The translations under genes and the position numbers were made by a program. From Antedon mediterranea (lineage: Eukaryota > Animalia > Echinodermata), in NCBI RefSeq assembly GCF_964355755.1, contig NC_092676.1, positions 18,184,871 through 18,248,870 on the forward strand: a stretch of 64,000 nucleotides of DNA. The letters are read 5' to 3'. Positions 34,657 to 47,600 of this stretch are shown piece by piece; the first letter of the stretch is position 1; every line of letters starts with the position of its first letter. The notes beneath the pieces are model-generated. The model was given only the letters and a program-made list of their open reading frames with translations. It was not told the DNA's origin and did not search any database.

Positions 34657-36706
34657 TTTTTATGAATTAATGTACTTTTATTGTTTAAAACTGCCAATTA
34701 AATTTTTGAAAGATAAAGAGTATTTATAGAAATATAAACAAAAGGTAAAAAAAAAATCAATATATATATATATATTGACAGTAATTAAAAAATTGATGTA
34801 CAGTAAACATTTTGAATATGAAATAAATATTTTGTTAAAAACAGAGTAAAAAGATTCTCCTTGTGTGTATGTGTTATAAGATAGTGGAAAACCATCTAGG
34901 CACACTCAAAGGGTTGAGTGGAGCTATAATTATTATATTATAATTATGTATCAATATTGTTATCATTATTCATTTGCCACATATCGGATATATGTAGAAT
35001 CAGTGGCGCCATTTTGAGTTGCAAAATAGATGTTAAAAAGCCAGGTCTGTATGCTGGGGGGTGGTTCAGAGGAAATATGTTATGGTTCGCTGAGTCAGAT
35101 ATTGTGTAACTTTATTATGAAATTTGTCCTTAAGCATAGTGAACTGAAAGTACACGCCACACAATGTTTGTTCTTCTTGTCAGAATAACTGTTTTTTTAT
35201 TTTATAATTGCAATAGAAGAAAACAAAAATATATAATAAATGTAGAAAATAGGAAAAGAACATCCAAGTGAGTACAGTATAACTATATTGAAACCTTTAA
35301 TAATAAATATATATATACTGTAATTTTGCCTCATAATAAAAATAGTAAAAAATGTTTTTGATAAAGATAGTATGAAAAAATATATGTGATGAAAATCAGG
35401 TAATCTATATATAAATTATGGTTAATTCTGACATAGGCGAGCACAATGCAAAAACTTCTCTACAAATCTCCGCCTTAGATACCTACCTTATCTATCCGAT
35501 ATGTACCGCGAAACGTAGATTTGATAACATTAGTGTGCACGCCGACGCTATTGTTCCATATTTATATCTTAGGAAGATATTATAAAGAGTTTTTTAACAA
35601 CATTTATGATTTCAACATTGGATTTTCCTCTCAATTTCAATTCTTCCCGGTCAAAGTAATTTCCGGGTTTAAGATAAGTTCACCTTAGTTTCAAATATTT
35701 TCTCTCTTTTATACACAAGGGAGCAGTTAAAATAATAGATTTGACCCTAAAGGTGACTGGAAACAGGCACTTTCCATCAATCAATACAGTGTCCCTTTGG
35801 AAGACGAAAAAAAAATTGGCCATTAATCATAGCCATTTCAGTTTTTTGTTTATTTTAAAACATACCACACGTGTGTGAAGGTACAGTAGTTAAATAATAG
35901 GAATTATACTGCAAATTAATAAAGATCAAATTAAATATACGCCATAAAGAATCAGAATATATTGTGGGGAATAGTATTATAAAATTACATAGGGAGATTT
36001 GATAAGACATTTTTCGAGTGAAATCCCGATAGCTGAGTTTTATTGAGTAAGCTTGCAGGAATAACTGTAGGCTATCTTCCTGTGTCCCGTTAGGACCGAG
36101 ATGTCTGCCCGGGTGTCTGCCCATGTTGCAAGCCGTAATGTCTTCTTTCTTGGGCCCACTCTGTCACGGCAGTTAGTTTCAAAAGATGATTAAATTAAAT
36201 AATGTATTAATAATTATTAGGATGGTATTCATTTGAATAAACGCCTCTCCAATAAAACATCACTTTGAATAATAACCCCCCCCCCCCCCACCCCACAACC
36301 CAACTATCTAATAAACGTCCATCCACATATTTATAATAACACAATTATACTATTTGTAGTAGAATTCACCGCACTGTTATCTGCAATTTACCAAGCATTT
36401 GTTATTCTTTTTTACCACTTTTCATATCTATGAGAGGATTTCATTTGATTATAAATGTTACCATATTATTAAAACTAAAAAATTTAACATATATCCCTCG
36501 AAAAAGCACCTCCCTCAAATGACCTCCGCCTCCCCAAAGGGCCCTACCAAACAATAAAAACTATACTTTAAAATGTTATTAATCATCTAAAACACTGTGA
36601 AACAAAGTAGTTTAGTTTTACGAATGTCAAGCATTTTCAATAATGGTAACCGACAGAAAATGTATAAGGAGAACATTATCATTCCGAGAACCATCGTCTA
36701 CACTTC

Positions 36707-36743
36707 CTAGAGGGGGAGCGAGCGAAGCGAGCTCACCCTCTAG
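36707..36743 (+). mobile_element. Helitron-like 3' terminal hairpin
   Basis: Stem CTAGAGGGGGAGC / GCTCACCCTCTAG around GAGCGAAGCGA, ending CTAG followed by T. Confidence 0.5.
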
Positions 36744-37084
36744 TATAATATAATTTTAAAAGGTTTACATGCAATAAACAAAGCATTTATGAATTGAGAT
36801 TTTTGAAAAAATTATATACTTTATTATAGATAGTATGTTGTGGTAGTTAACACTTCAGTTTATACTGAAACCATATATAAAGACTTGATGGAAGACAAGT
36901 TTATTTTAGCATAAGATATGATATTGTTTTCACCTTTCACTTATATTATATTACTATTTATTTTGTGAACAAAAGAACCAACAAATTTAATGACCCGTCA
37001 GATTTATAAGTTGCAAAAATTATAAAGTACAAAACAGAACAAATGTAGAAAAAAATCAAGATATAAAAAATAATAAAATATTAA

Positions 37085-37418
37085 AGCTGTATTGTCCCCA
37101 AAAACCATGAAAAATGAAGATAAATTAAACCAGGCTTTAAATATGTTTTTTTTTCAGTTTTAATAAAGTTATTCACTTCTGTAAAAAAAAAAACCCAAAA
37201 AATAATTATTTAAATTATAAAAAGACAAAAGAAACGTTAATTTTAACCAAAAACGATTGTCTGACAGATAATTTAAGTATTTTTTGGTTTATATTATTTT
37301 TTTCAGGTAAATCAATTTTTTTTTTCTGTTCCAGTTTTTGGTCAAAGTGAATAACTATTTTGTGACATTAAAATGGCATATTAAAAATAATATATCTTTT
37401 TAGGGGGACAATATATCT
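37085..37418. mobile_element. Kolobok-like MITE family copy (reverse)
   Basis: TTAA|AGCTGTATTGTCCCC ... GGGGACAATATATCT|TTAA. Confidence 0.75.
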
Positions 37419-38201
37419 TTAAGTATCCAAACATTTATTCGGAAATACCCTGATAAGCAAAACCACTCAAGACATGTCATAAACAAAACATGACGAAAAA
37501 AGAACATTAGGTTTTCATGCTTTACCTTTCCAAATTAAGGAAAATACCCTTCAAATTGAATAATTCAATCTACCATAAGTAAACACATAGTCAATAGAAA
37601 GAACTTTCTATTGACTATGGTGGACAATAATTAAGAAAAAATCCTTAAATATTTATTGACTTAAATGAAATACTTAGTATTTATTTAGAAAAAATTCCCA
37701 CTTAAAATAAATACGATCACAGGCCTTCTAGCATGGTATTTTTAGGCTAAAAAGAGAATTAATATTTAAAAAAAACCAAGCAGGATGCTGTATTTCCACT
37801 ATGTTTCAAACTTGTTGACCTTTCAACCCAATACCAGTCTTTAAAATCACATCTCTTTTTAAATATCTATGTATTGGCCTAAAAAATATGAAAAATGAAA
37901 ATTAATAAAAAAAGACTTTAAATAGGCCATTTCATAGATTTAATCACTTCTGTAGGGAAAAAAATGTTTTCATTTATAAAAAAAAACAAAATTAAACAGT
38001 TAAATTCAACCAAAAACTCATTGACTTCCAGTCTTTTTTGTGTTAAATTACAGTTTTTTCAGGTAAATAATTTGTTTTTTTTCAATCCAATTTTTGATCA
38101 AAGTCAATAACTATTATGTGACATTAAAATGGCGTATTCAACAAAAAGATTTTTTTAAATTATTTTTTCAGGGCAATATAATTATTATAGAAACTGCTAA
38201 A

Positions 38202-40099
38202 CTAAGATTTTTTCTTCAAATTTGAGGTATAATTTATCAGCATTAGTCCACCAAATATGGTAACATCCTTGGCAACTATCTCAACTTGCATCCAGTAGTC
38301 GACTTTGCGCGACGTCCAGTATCGGAAATCAAGATCTATAAAAACTACCAAGATCAGATGTAGAATGATAATTATTGTTGATGTAAGTGAAATTTTTAAG
38401 TCAGACAGTTGTGTTATGCTGCACGTCAATCCAATGCACATATACAGTGGTAGTGTGATATTCCCAAGTGGCACGAGTGATAAAAACGCTTTCTTATCCT
38501 GTGGACTGTAATACAGTAGTGCAATATAAAACAAAATATGAAGAGCGAGTAGACGGCTTCCAGCAGGATATAAGTTACGTAGACGGTAGCGTCGTATTAG
38601 ATTTTCGTGTGCGCGACTTGCGATGACAAAGTTACAACCAATAAGAGCAGTGTCCCTGGATATGAGACGAGCCTGTAAAGTAAAATATTTGAATTAAAGG
38701 CCCATAAACAAAATTCAAAAAATATCAAATTTTAGTTAATGATGTCAGGAGAAAGGAATTTATCTTAAGTTAAAGCGTGTGTGGAGATAGGTAGTAAGTG
38801 TGATTACTCCAGAAAAATACAACTAAAGCTCTGTCTACACTATCAAATTTTATGTGACATGATGATGTCACATTACTACCATATTTGGGCATATCTCCAC
38901 CATATTTGGGCACATCACACTTTTTTTTATAGTGTAGACAGAGCTTTATTTCCATCCTACCAAAAAAAATGCATTTGTATACAGCTACAGTACATCATTT
39001 GGAATTCCAGGCATAGCACAATGCGGGACAGTGGAAAAACTGTTTCTACAGAGTTTTTTTTTCTATTTGTTAAAAAAATAAACTTTCAAACTTACCCGAA
39101 GCCATTCGCTCAATTGTAAATCAGCACCTTGGGTGAGAATACAATTGATCAAGTAAAGAGCTGAACCTATCAACGCAAACAAAGAGCGTTGCGTCTTTGA
39201 TCCCATCATACTCCCAATTATTACACTTACTATACAGTAAATAAATATGTATTCACGTGGAAACCCTTCATACCTAAAAACAATAGACAATTTATCAATA
39301 AAATACATTTTTAGAGTATTTTTAACTTTGCTGAATATTTTTGAAAGAAAACAAGTTTTTGGCCATATCACATTTGCACAAACTCAAGATTCGAAATTTG
39401 TCATAGAAAACTAGCAATTTCTTAGACCTAGTAGTAGATTTTTAATTAATTAAATTAGGTAATTAATTAGTCGGTTTTTTAACAAGCATAGGATAGGCCT
39501 AGTAATAGTATAATAATTAATATTCATTTTCATATTCAATATTATATTAATAGGCCTAAATTTCTGTCTACACTATCAAATTGTATGTTAAAAAAACATA
39601 ATGTGCCCATATATGGACATGATGATGTCATATCACTACCATACTTGGGCATATAACTACCATACTCATCACACATTTTTTTTGTAAAATTAGGTTGATA
39701 ATAATATGATAATGTAGACAGAGCTTAAATTAAGCTGGTTGAAATTTGTTTAACTGTTTTGATTTTATTAGTCTTGTAGAAATAAAACATTTACTTGCTA
39801 GTTGTATTGCTCAAAGCTTTAAACTTTAAGGCAAATCTCACACCTCTTATTTGGGCCGAAACGTCTCTGCGCAAAGATGTCCCTGGGCAGAACCGCCCTC
39901 TAGCCCAGCTGAAGTTTTATATAGGCTTAACCTTGGCCTACTAGAATAAAGTAATCATTATATCTGACCTTTCATGAGATGCTCTTTCAGAACAAACTAA
40001 TGCAAAGCACAAAGCTGAAAAGAAAGGATATCTAGTAACAAGAAATTCGCCAATTTGGCATTGAAAACGCCGAAAATCCGTCTCTGAAATTGTGTTCAT
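38202..40099 (-). CDS. TMEM101: Transmembrane protein 101-like, about 259 aa, 3 coding exons
   Basis: Phase-consistent exons 40099-39969, 39273-39096 and 38672-38202. Motifs QIGEFLVTRYPF...SERA, EWLRARLISR, DKKAFL and RYWTSRKVDYWMQVEIVAKDVTIFG resemble TMEM101 (LLTRCPFW, DWLKVRMYSR, YWHNTRRVEFWNQ). The homolog is divergent. Confidence 0.85.
38827..38945. mobile_element. Short (120-170 bp) Harbinger-like MITE family
   Basis: AGCTCTGTCTACACTAT ... ATAGTGTAGACAGAGCT with TAA/TTA flanks and internal CACTACCATATTTGGGCA repeats. Further copies at about 24860-25017, 32693-32804, 34029-34151 and 39560-39726. Confidence 0.75.
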
Positions 40100-41649
40100 T
40101 TTGCAATATTTGGGTGTAAAAAACAATTGTTTTTATATTGATTGGAAAGAGCGCCACCAATGGACGTTTGCACAATAACTTTTTTTAAGCTATTTAGTAC
40201 AGTAAGCATGCATGCAGCGCATATATATACATAACAAATAACAGCGCATAACAAAACAATTGCGAAAAATCACAAAAACAAAATTGCGATAAGTTTTAAG
40301 AAATGAACGTTGCTGCACATCGTAATAAACACACATGCTTCCAAAAAGTATTCCTATTTGAGAGAGTAGTTAGTTAGGCCTATAATATTATTTCCGCCAT
40401 GTTAGAGGAAATGTCCGGTAAAGCGTAGGAGGTGGAAATCACACCGCGGATCGATTGTCATAATGAGGTAACTGTCCCTTATTAGGACAAAAAATTGCAT
40501 AATTACCGTTTATTATTGAATAATATTATTCACTAATAGAAATGTGGAAATTCCAACACAATGAAAATAATTACTGTATAATTAAAGAAATTAAAATCAT
40601 GAAATAAAATTCACCAAGGGGTCAGATGTGTTTCAAATTTTCAAAATAGATCGTGATTAGGCTTACACAAAATAAAAAGTAAAGTTAAGGAATACCAAAT
40701 TAGTCTCATGTTTATAAATCGACGGCCCTTGTCATAATTGCATTTGCATTGCGTTCAAATGGATTAAATTTACTGAATATAACTAATAGCAATTTTCAAC
40801 CAATAGGCACTTACTGACCAGTACACGAGATTATTACCGTATTCTTTACACAAACGAAAAAGGGAACAATTTAGTAGGCCCAATAATATAAATTAAATTG
40901 TTTATTTGATAAATGTTTAATGGTTTAACGACTGACGGAAATTACGAATGAAAATGAAAAAAAAAAACTTGTGATACAGTGTAACAGTGTAGTAGTTACC
41001 GGTAAGACTTGAAAAACATATTAACCTTGAGACATTATATTGCTTCCGGTACGGAAAATAAAAACAACCCAGATGATAAACATAAACATCCTAATGCTCA
41101 TTCGGTCAAATTTAGTTAACATATAATATTAAACATTATTTGGTTTCATGATGCAATCACGATGAATAAGCAACAACACCAACCATTTAATAATAACAAT
41201 ATTGTCTACTTTCGATATTTTTATTATAATATTGATAATAAATAACATATTTATACAGTTTAATTAATAATAATTAAGCAATCAAGCAAGTGTTTTTCAT
41301 TATGTAGTTCAATTTTACAAGTTTATAATTAACCTGTGTACTGTACACTATGTTATATTAAAAAATAATATTATATAGGCCTAAGTGTATCTTAATTGAT
41401 TAGTTATGTAGAAAAGGTATCATCTTAAGCCAGTGTCTGGTTCTTTTATCTCTGCAACAGGAGTCTGAAACAGAGATAACGTAATATTAAAAGTACGTAG
41501 GCCTAACCCCGTATCTAAATGACTTGCGCTGGTCAGTTAAGATGTATCTAGTGACAGTTGAAGAATCAAGACTGAAATGAACAATGGGTTAAACGGCGTG
41601 CGGCGATGATGCTGCTGCTGATGATGATGGACAGAACGTTGTGAACGTT

Positions 41650-44600
41650 CTATTGTGGTGACCAAACTGATTCCAAGTATCTTGTATGTCGTTTCTGTCT
41701 TCTACGAAGTGCTTCTTTCAAAATCGTATACTCCGACACAGTGTAACGTCGATTGGAAGAGTTGCGAACGATCTGTTTAAAAAAACAACAAAAATTGTAT
41801 TTTTTGTATGATTATACCATCAAACAAAAGTAAGAGAAGTTTAAGTCAGTTGCCACAATAGAACAATATTTGACTAATTTTATCATTTTATATATCTTAA
41901 ATGATTGCACGATGGCCTATTGTAATAGACTCTCACTTTCGGAAGTTCATTAAGGCCATTCAGTTCCTACTAATAATTCCTTTAAGTAGGTCTAACAAAA
42001 AATGTTCGACGGATGACTTTACTCAACTTTTACAATTGGAAGGTTTGGGATTGTCTGAAAGAAACGCATAAAAACAATACACCGCACGTGACTAATCAAA
42101 TGACTAGTGGCACCACGACGATGATCAACTGTTTTGTGTAATAAATGTACCGTGTACTTCAAATAGAAATAGTATTTTCCCATGGTCTGTCTTATACCAT
42201 GGACCCTATTACATCATTTGCCACACTACATCAAAAAGCTATTTTTCCAACGTATGGCAACTCTTCAATTTTATGATGAGACATTTTTGTTTCGTGTGTA
42301 CCTATTTTAGCTATGGCTACCGACCAACCATCCAAAATGCCGTACCGAATTTCCGCAACCAGAAAAAAAAAATTATCTATAGAATTCCGCCTTTTGAATT
42401 TAGATGAAAGCATATAACATCTATTTAAAGACCCTGGGATGATCTATTCATCAAACAGTTCATGTTTCAATATTAAATAAAAGGCATTTTTTTACTGTGT
42501 GTTAAAATTATTAATAAACAATATGTAATTCCTGCATACTATAAATAATGGAATGTGTTTAGGTGAAAAAACCCCAATAAACGTAAATACTGCTCTTTTT
42601 TTAAACCTGTACTAAAAGTAGGCCGATATGAAATTATACAATAATATTACATTGTCAACTTAACCAGGATATAGACTTGTGACCAGGATATTTGAGAACA
42701 ATATGTCTTTGTCAAAGGAAAAAAAAAAAAACACTTCAGGAAGTTAGCTAATTGTTGTTATTGGAACTGTAAGTCATGATTTTAATCATAACCCAAACAC
42801 AATAGTCCATTATTACAGCATTTTGAGAGAGGAACAAATATAAGTTTTTAATTAACCACTCCATTACCACAACGTGATTAAGTTGTATTTAACAAAAGAG
42901 AAATTATAATATTGCTCATCAAATTTGACCGTAAGTTGTTAATAATATCATGGAGCTTTTATAGCTCCATGATAATATTAAAACAACGGAAGTTTATAAA
43001 TAGAGAGTCATAGATTAAATAAGATTATTATCATCGTCATTATGTCATAATTTATCATAATCGCCAGCATGTTAATACAGTATGGACAAGTTATATTACA
43101 TCCCCCATCCCTATATACACGTATTTCTGGGGTGTTAATGGAGTATACGGAATTGTACTGGGTTGGTTTTAAACATTTGAACCGTATCCGAGGAGGGGAT
43201 AGGAGTCGGGGTGTTAATGAAGTATCCGGAATTATACTGAGATGGTTTTAAACATTTGAACCGTATCCGAGGAGGAGATGGGGTTTGGGTTGTTAATGGC
43301 GTATCCGGAATTGTACTGAGATAGTTTTAAAAATCTAAACCGTATCCAAGGAGAGGATGGGATTGTTAATGGTGTATCCGGAATTGTACTTGGAATGTTT
43401 AAAAACATTTGAACTGTATCCGAGGAAGGGGTGGTGTTTAGGGGTTTTAATGGAGTATCCGGAATTGTACTGGGAAAGATTTAAACATTTAAACCGTATC
43501 CGAGGAGGGATGGGAGTTAGGGTGTAGGCCTAGTAGAGAGAATCAAAGTAACCGGAAATATATTAGGAAATTCAAGCTTTTCGGTTAGCTTGGATTCGAT
43601 TGGTGGGTTTTATGTATCCGCTGAGGCGGGTCAAGACCGTACTACTAAATTCATACCGTATTATTCCTGTCAGAAATAGGCTCTGCGTCCTGTTGGTCTG
43701 GTAGATTTTCCTTACGATTGATAAACTGTTGACTAGATTCATCAGAACTAATACTAGAAGTGGTTTCACTGGTTAATATAGATGCACTGCTTGCCGTTTC
43801 GTCCAAACAATTCGGCAATATCGACTTCAGCTTTGAACCACTGTAAGATAACAATATATTAAATTTATTTTGTTTTACTGTTTCGCCCATTGTATAATGT
43901 CTTTTTCAATTTCTAGCCATTCTTGTTTATGCCACATTATGTTTACAAACATTTCATTTCCAAACTTTCAAATTACGCGATTGAGTGAAATGTCATGAAA
44001 AATAGATAGGCCTACAGTACAGAGAGAATAAAAGTAACCGGAATTGTATTGGGTAATTCACACTCTCAATTAGAAATTGGTGGGTTTCATGTACCCGCTC
44101 TCTGAGGCGTGAAATGTCTCGATCCAGTATTCTGGTTTGTTTTTTGTCTATTTCTGGTACTCTATCCGGTGAGCCTTACATAAATACCTGATGTGAACTT
44201 TAGCAAGTTTAAAAATAATGTATGACAAAGGGAACTTCCCATACGAGTATCTACTTAATAATGAACTATATCATTTATTTCAGCTGCTAGTGAAGCCTAC
44301 GTGCAACGCAAGTGAAGTGACCAATCACAAGCGACATTTCAGATGCGTCGTGATTGGTCAAAATTTTCGCTGCATTTACTTCATCCCCCTGGCCCTGCGT
44401 TGCCTCCCAGCGGCACCAAATTCTATTATTTTGAATTAATGTTGCGTCGGGCCGTATCTTTTTCCTGAGCGAATTACGTTTATTTCCCAATTAAAACTCT
44501 CAACTCCCTTCTTCCTAACACATTGTAATACCAATGTTGCTTATTCTATGAAAACATGAATAGAGTATTCATACATAATATAATGGTAAATAATGAGTTG

Positions 44601-47600
44601 GTTTATAATTAAGTGACATGAATTAGCCTATATCAATATGTATCTGCCCATGGCAGAATAATAGTATTGTTTATTTAATAAACATCTAAACCCGCCCGCT
44701 TGTCAATTCCTTTGTTTCCTTTCAATTTTGTGGGAAGGGAATTATCACTAAATCACACTCATTCAAAATTGCCAGTAATTTAGTTTTAACAATCTGGAAT
44801 CCAACCTAGAAAGTGGATTAGTCAAACAATAACGCCTATAATGATTGAGGCAATACGAAAGTGATACTTTACTAGTACTATACTATGTTTTCTATGTTAA
44901 ATATACCCAAATTGTACCCACAACAACTTCAAACAAACATGCGATGCAACAAAATCTTGGTTCCCATCAGACGCAATTTGACCACCAATCAAGCGATGGA
45001 TTATTTGAACTGTCACTTGTTATTGGTCAATTCGCTTTCGTTGCGCTTACGTCCTAGTGGAAAACCAGGCTTTGGACGTACTTATAACCATACATTTTCA
45101 ATGAATATACTAATATTGATAAAGTATACAAAAATAAAAGTTTCTATTTATACCGTAAACTGGATAGTAACTTCAGTCTATCCGGTTGATCATCATTCCA
45201 TGAATGGGTTGGGTTGGATGAATAACCGCTTTCCGATAACTGACTTTCAGATCGGTTAACGACTTCCTCTCGGGAAGAAGGTCCATCGATTGCTATAATC
45301 AAAGGAAACGATTTATGTTGTCTTGGTTTGTGTATATTGATATCTGAAAGTGATTCTGATATGGAGTTTACCGATCCATTTGTTTGTTCGGAATCATCGT
45401 TCGTGTTTCCCTCTTGGGAATAATCTCTTTGTGAAAGCTTAGGTAATTGCAAATCCAACGTATTCGGTAAATTAATAAATGATGATAAAGCTGTTGGTTT
45501 GTAATGGGCATTCAATTGGTCAACTTCTTTAGAAACCTCTGAGTCATCAGTAGGTTTGAAAACGTCTGAAGAAGGATTGTTGACACTCCTTATTTGGAAA
45601 CCGGCGTCATTGACAGTTCTCTGTTGTCGTTGACGTCTTTTTCTGGTAAGCTGCTTCTCAACATGTCTCAATCGATATAAAAGTGACCCGGGTCCAGTTC
45701 TATCCACTACAGGTCTTCTTCCTGTCATCCAAAGATTCAGCTTTTTATTTTGTGTTTCCTCTGAATTTGGAGTTTTGTCTTTTGTGTTTATTTCTCGTAG
45801 CCTCGTTAAAGCCCATTTTAGCATTGGAGCCTGAAATAAAATTATATTACATTATAAAATTAATAAAGAACAATCAATGCAGTGTTTTCTTACTGTACTT
45901 CTTACTGTATGTTAATTTTGTTACTTTACAATGTCATGGAGTGAGTACAGAATCTTAAAACTCCGATGAAAGTAAGTTTACGGTGTTGATTTTACTTCAA
46001 AATGAGCATTAGGGCCTATGCATATACATCGGGACTCATGATAACTATTAAAAACACATTATTTTCGACAGACACCCAAAAAAACATGATTGACAAACAA
46101 GAAATGTGTTGGAATGTGTGTTGTGTCGAAATGTGCAAATTGGGCCTTCGTAGAAAGTGTGGAATAATTTTTTGAATAATGCCCGAGGCCACTGAAAGAA
46201 TATTAGATTTGTAATATGCAATATTTCAAGTCATTAGGAAACTTTCGTAGGCCTATAAAGTTACAAAACTAACTGTTAATTCACTGACCTCAACATCTTT
46301 TGGTATTCTTGAGAGCCTATGTTCAATCTTTATTTCTGCCAACCTCTGAATAATATTCAGTGTTCCCGGGTTTTTACGGTGTATCAACTTATCATAATAT
46401 TTCAGATCCAGCTCATACACTTCCACTTTTTCGATACATCGAATTGTCTGCATGTTTGTAGGTATTTTTAAGATTAACTCAATGTCACCTTAAAGAAAAA
46501 AATAAGTTCTTTTGTGTGTTTAGCGCTAAATTAAGCCACGTTAAGCATCTTTTCCATTAGCGGATATATTAGCGCGAATAGTACACTCCTTAATTATGAG
46601 TGTTTTTCTTCGTCACAAAAAGTAGACGAAAATATTAATGCAGGCGCATTATTGAACACTTTTGACTTGTGCGTATAATTTCGCCTAGTGGAAAACTGGA
46701 TAGGTTTGTTTAACCAAGGTAATCTAACAACAGGACACTGACCTCGCTTTGCTAAGATAGGAACTCGAACAGCCCTTGATCTTATGTCTGGCTGCGGCAA
46801 ATACCCACAGTACTGTGATGTAATGCACATTATTCTTCGAGGCGCGCGGTGCCTGTTAAATGGCGTGGAACTGTACGTGTCGCAGCCACAGAATAGACCC
46901 TTTGAGCTCATCATCCTGTTGATTTCCTTGGCTTAACATTTTTACAACAGACCATAATTGGCATTTGGCCTACAATGAAATGATACCGAAAGGAAAGAGA
47001 GAGAGATTACTCCACCTGCTATGTCTCCTTTTCCAAGGACACAAAGATCAATTCTGTTTGACGCGCCATAGACGCTCCTAGATGAGTAAGTTTTTGACAT
47101 TGACCGTCTTCCATATTTTGGCCTGTAAATGAAAAAAGACATTCGGAAACACATTTATTCAGCCGGTATGAATCGACATCCATATTTAACCTATGTCAGT
47201 CATCCCCCGTGGATGTACATATTTGAGAATTGAAAGGAGGGGCGGGCGGGGCAATATGTGCCCAAACTAAGCACCTTGCATGTTAGGCTCACCTGACGAT
47301 TCCAGCACCAAGTTTGTCCCGATACTGCTGTCGATGGAGGGAAGTGTCAGTCGACATTATAGCTAGTCCACCCATGATAAAATATAATGCGTTCACTGGG
47401 TCACCTTGCCTCACAAGATTGTTATTAAACTCGATAGTGGTTCGCCGAAGACTCATTGCAAGCATTGACCGGTACCTTGGACGCCAGTCCCTAATAAAGA
47501 AAAACGGTTTTCAAAACCATTACTGTTGTCGTTTGCGTTGTTTGTACCATCCTCCTATTACTTTATCATCGTCATCATCAAAGACATCGTCATGATAATG

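Noticed and set aside
39890-40410. CTCF-like (CCGCCCTCTAGC) and YY1-like (CCGCCATGTT) motifs near the TMEM101 start
   Set aside because: They are short single matches that cannot be distinguished from chance without binding data.
42181-42201. Another CATGG...CCATG footprint
   Set aside because: The flanks (ATTTTCC and GACCCTA) are not duplicated, so it is not counted.
44950-45075. Candidate extra CNBD exon
   Set aside because: It gives an immediate in-frame stop, and the sequence looks like a short palindromic MITE (CTTGGTTCCCA ... TGGAAAACCAGG).
46594-46914. 106-aa ORF or C/D snoRNA in a CNBD intron
   Set aside because: It is not needed for the phase-consistent gene model and has no recognisable domain. 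The ATGATGA has no suitably placed CTGA or terminal stem.
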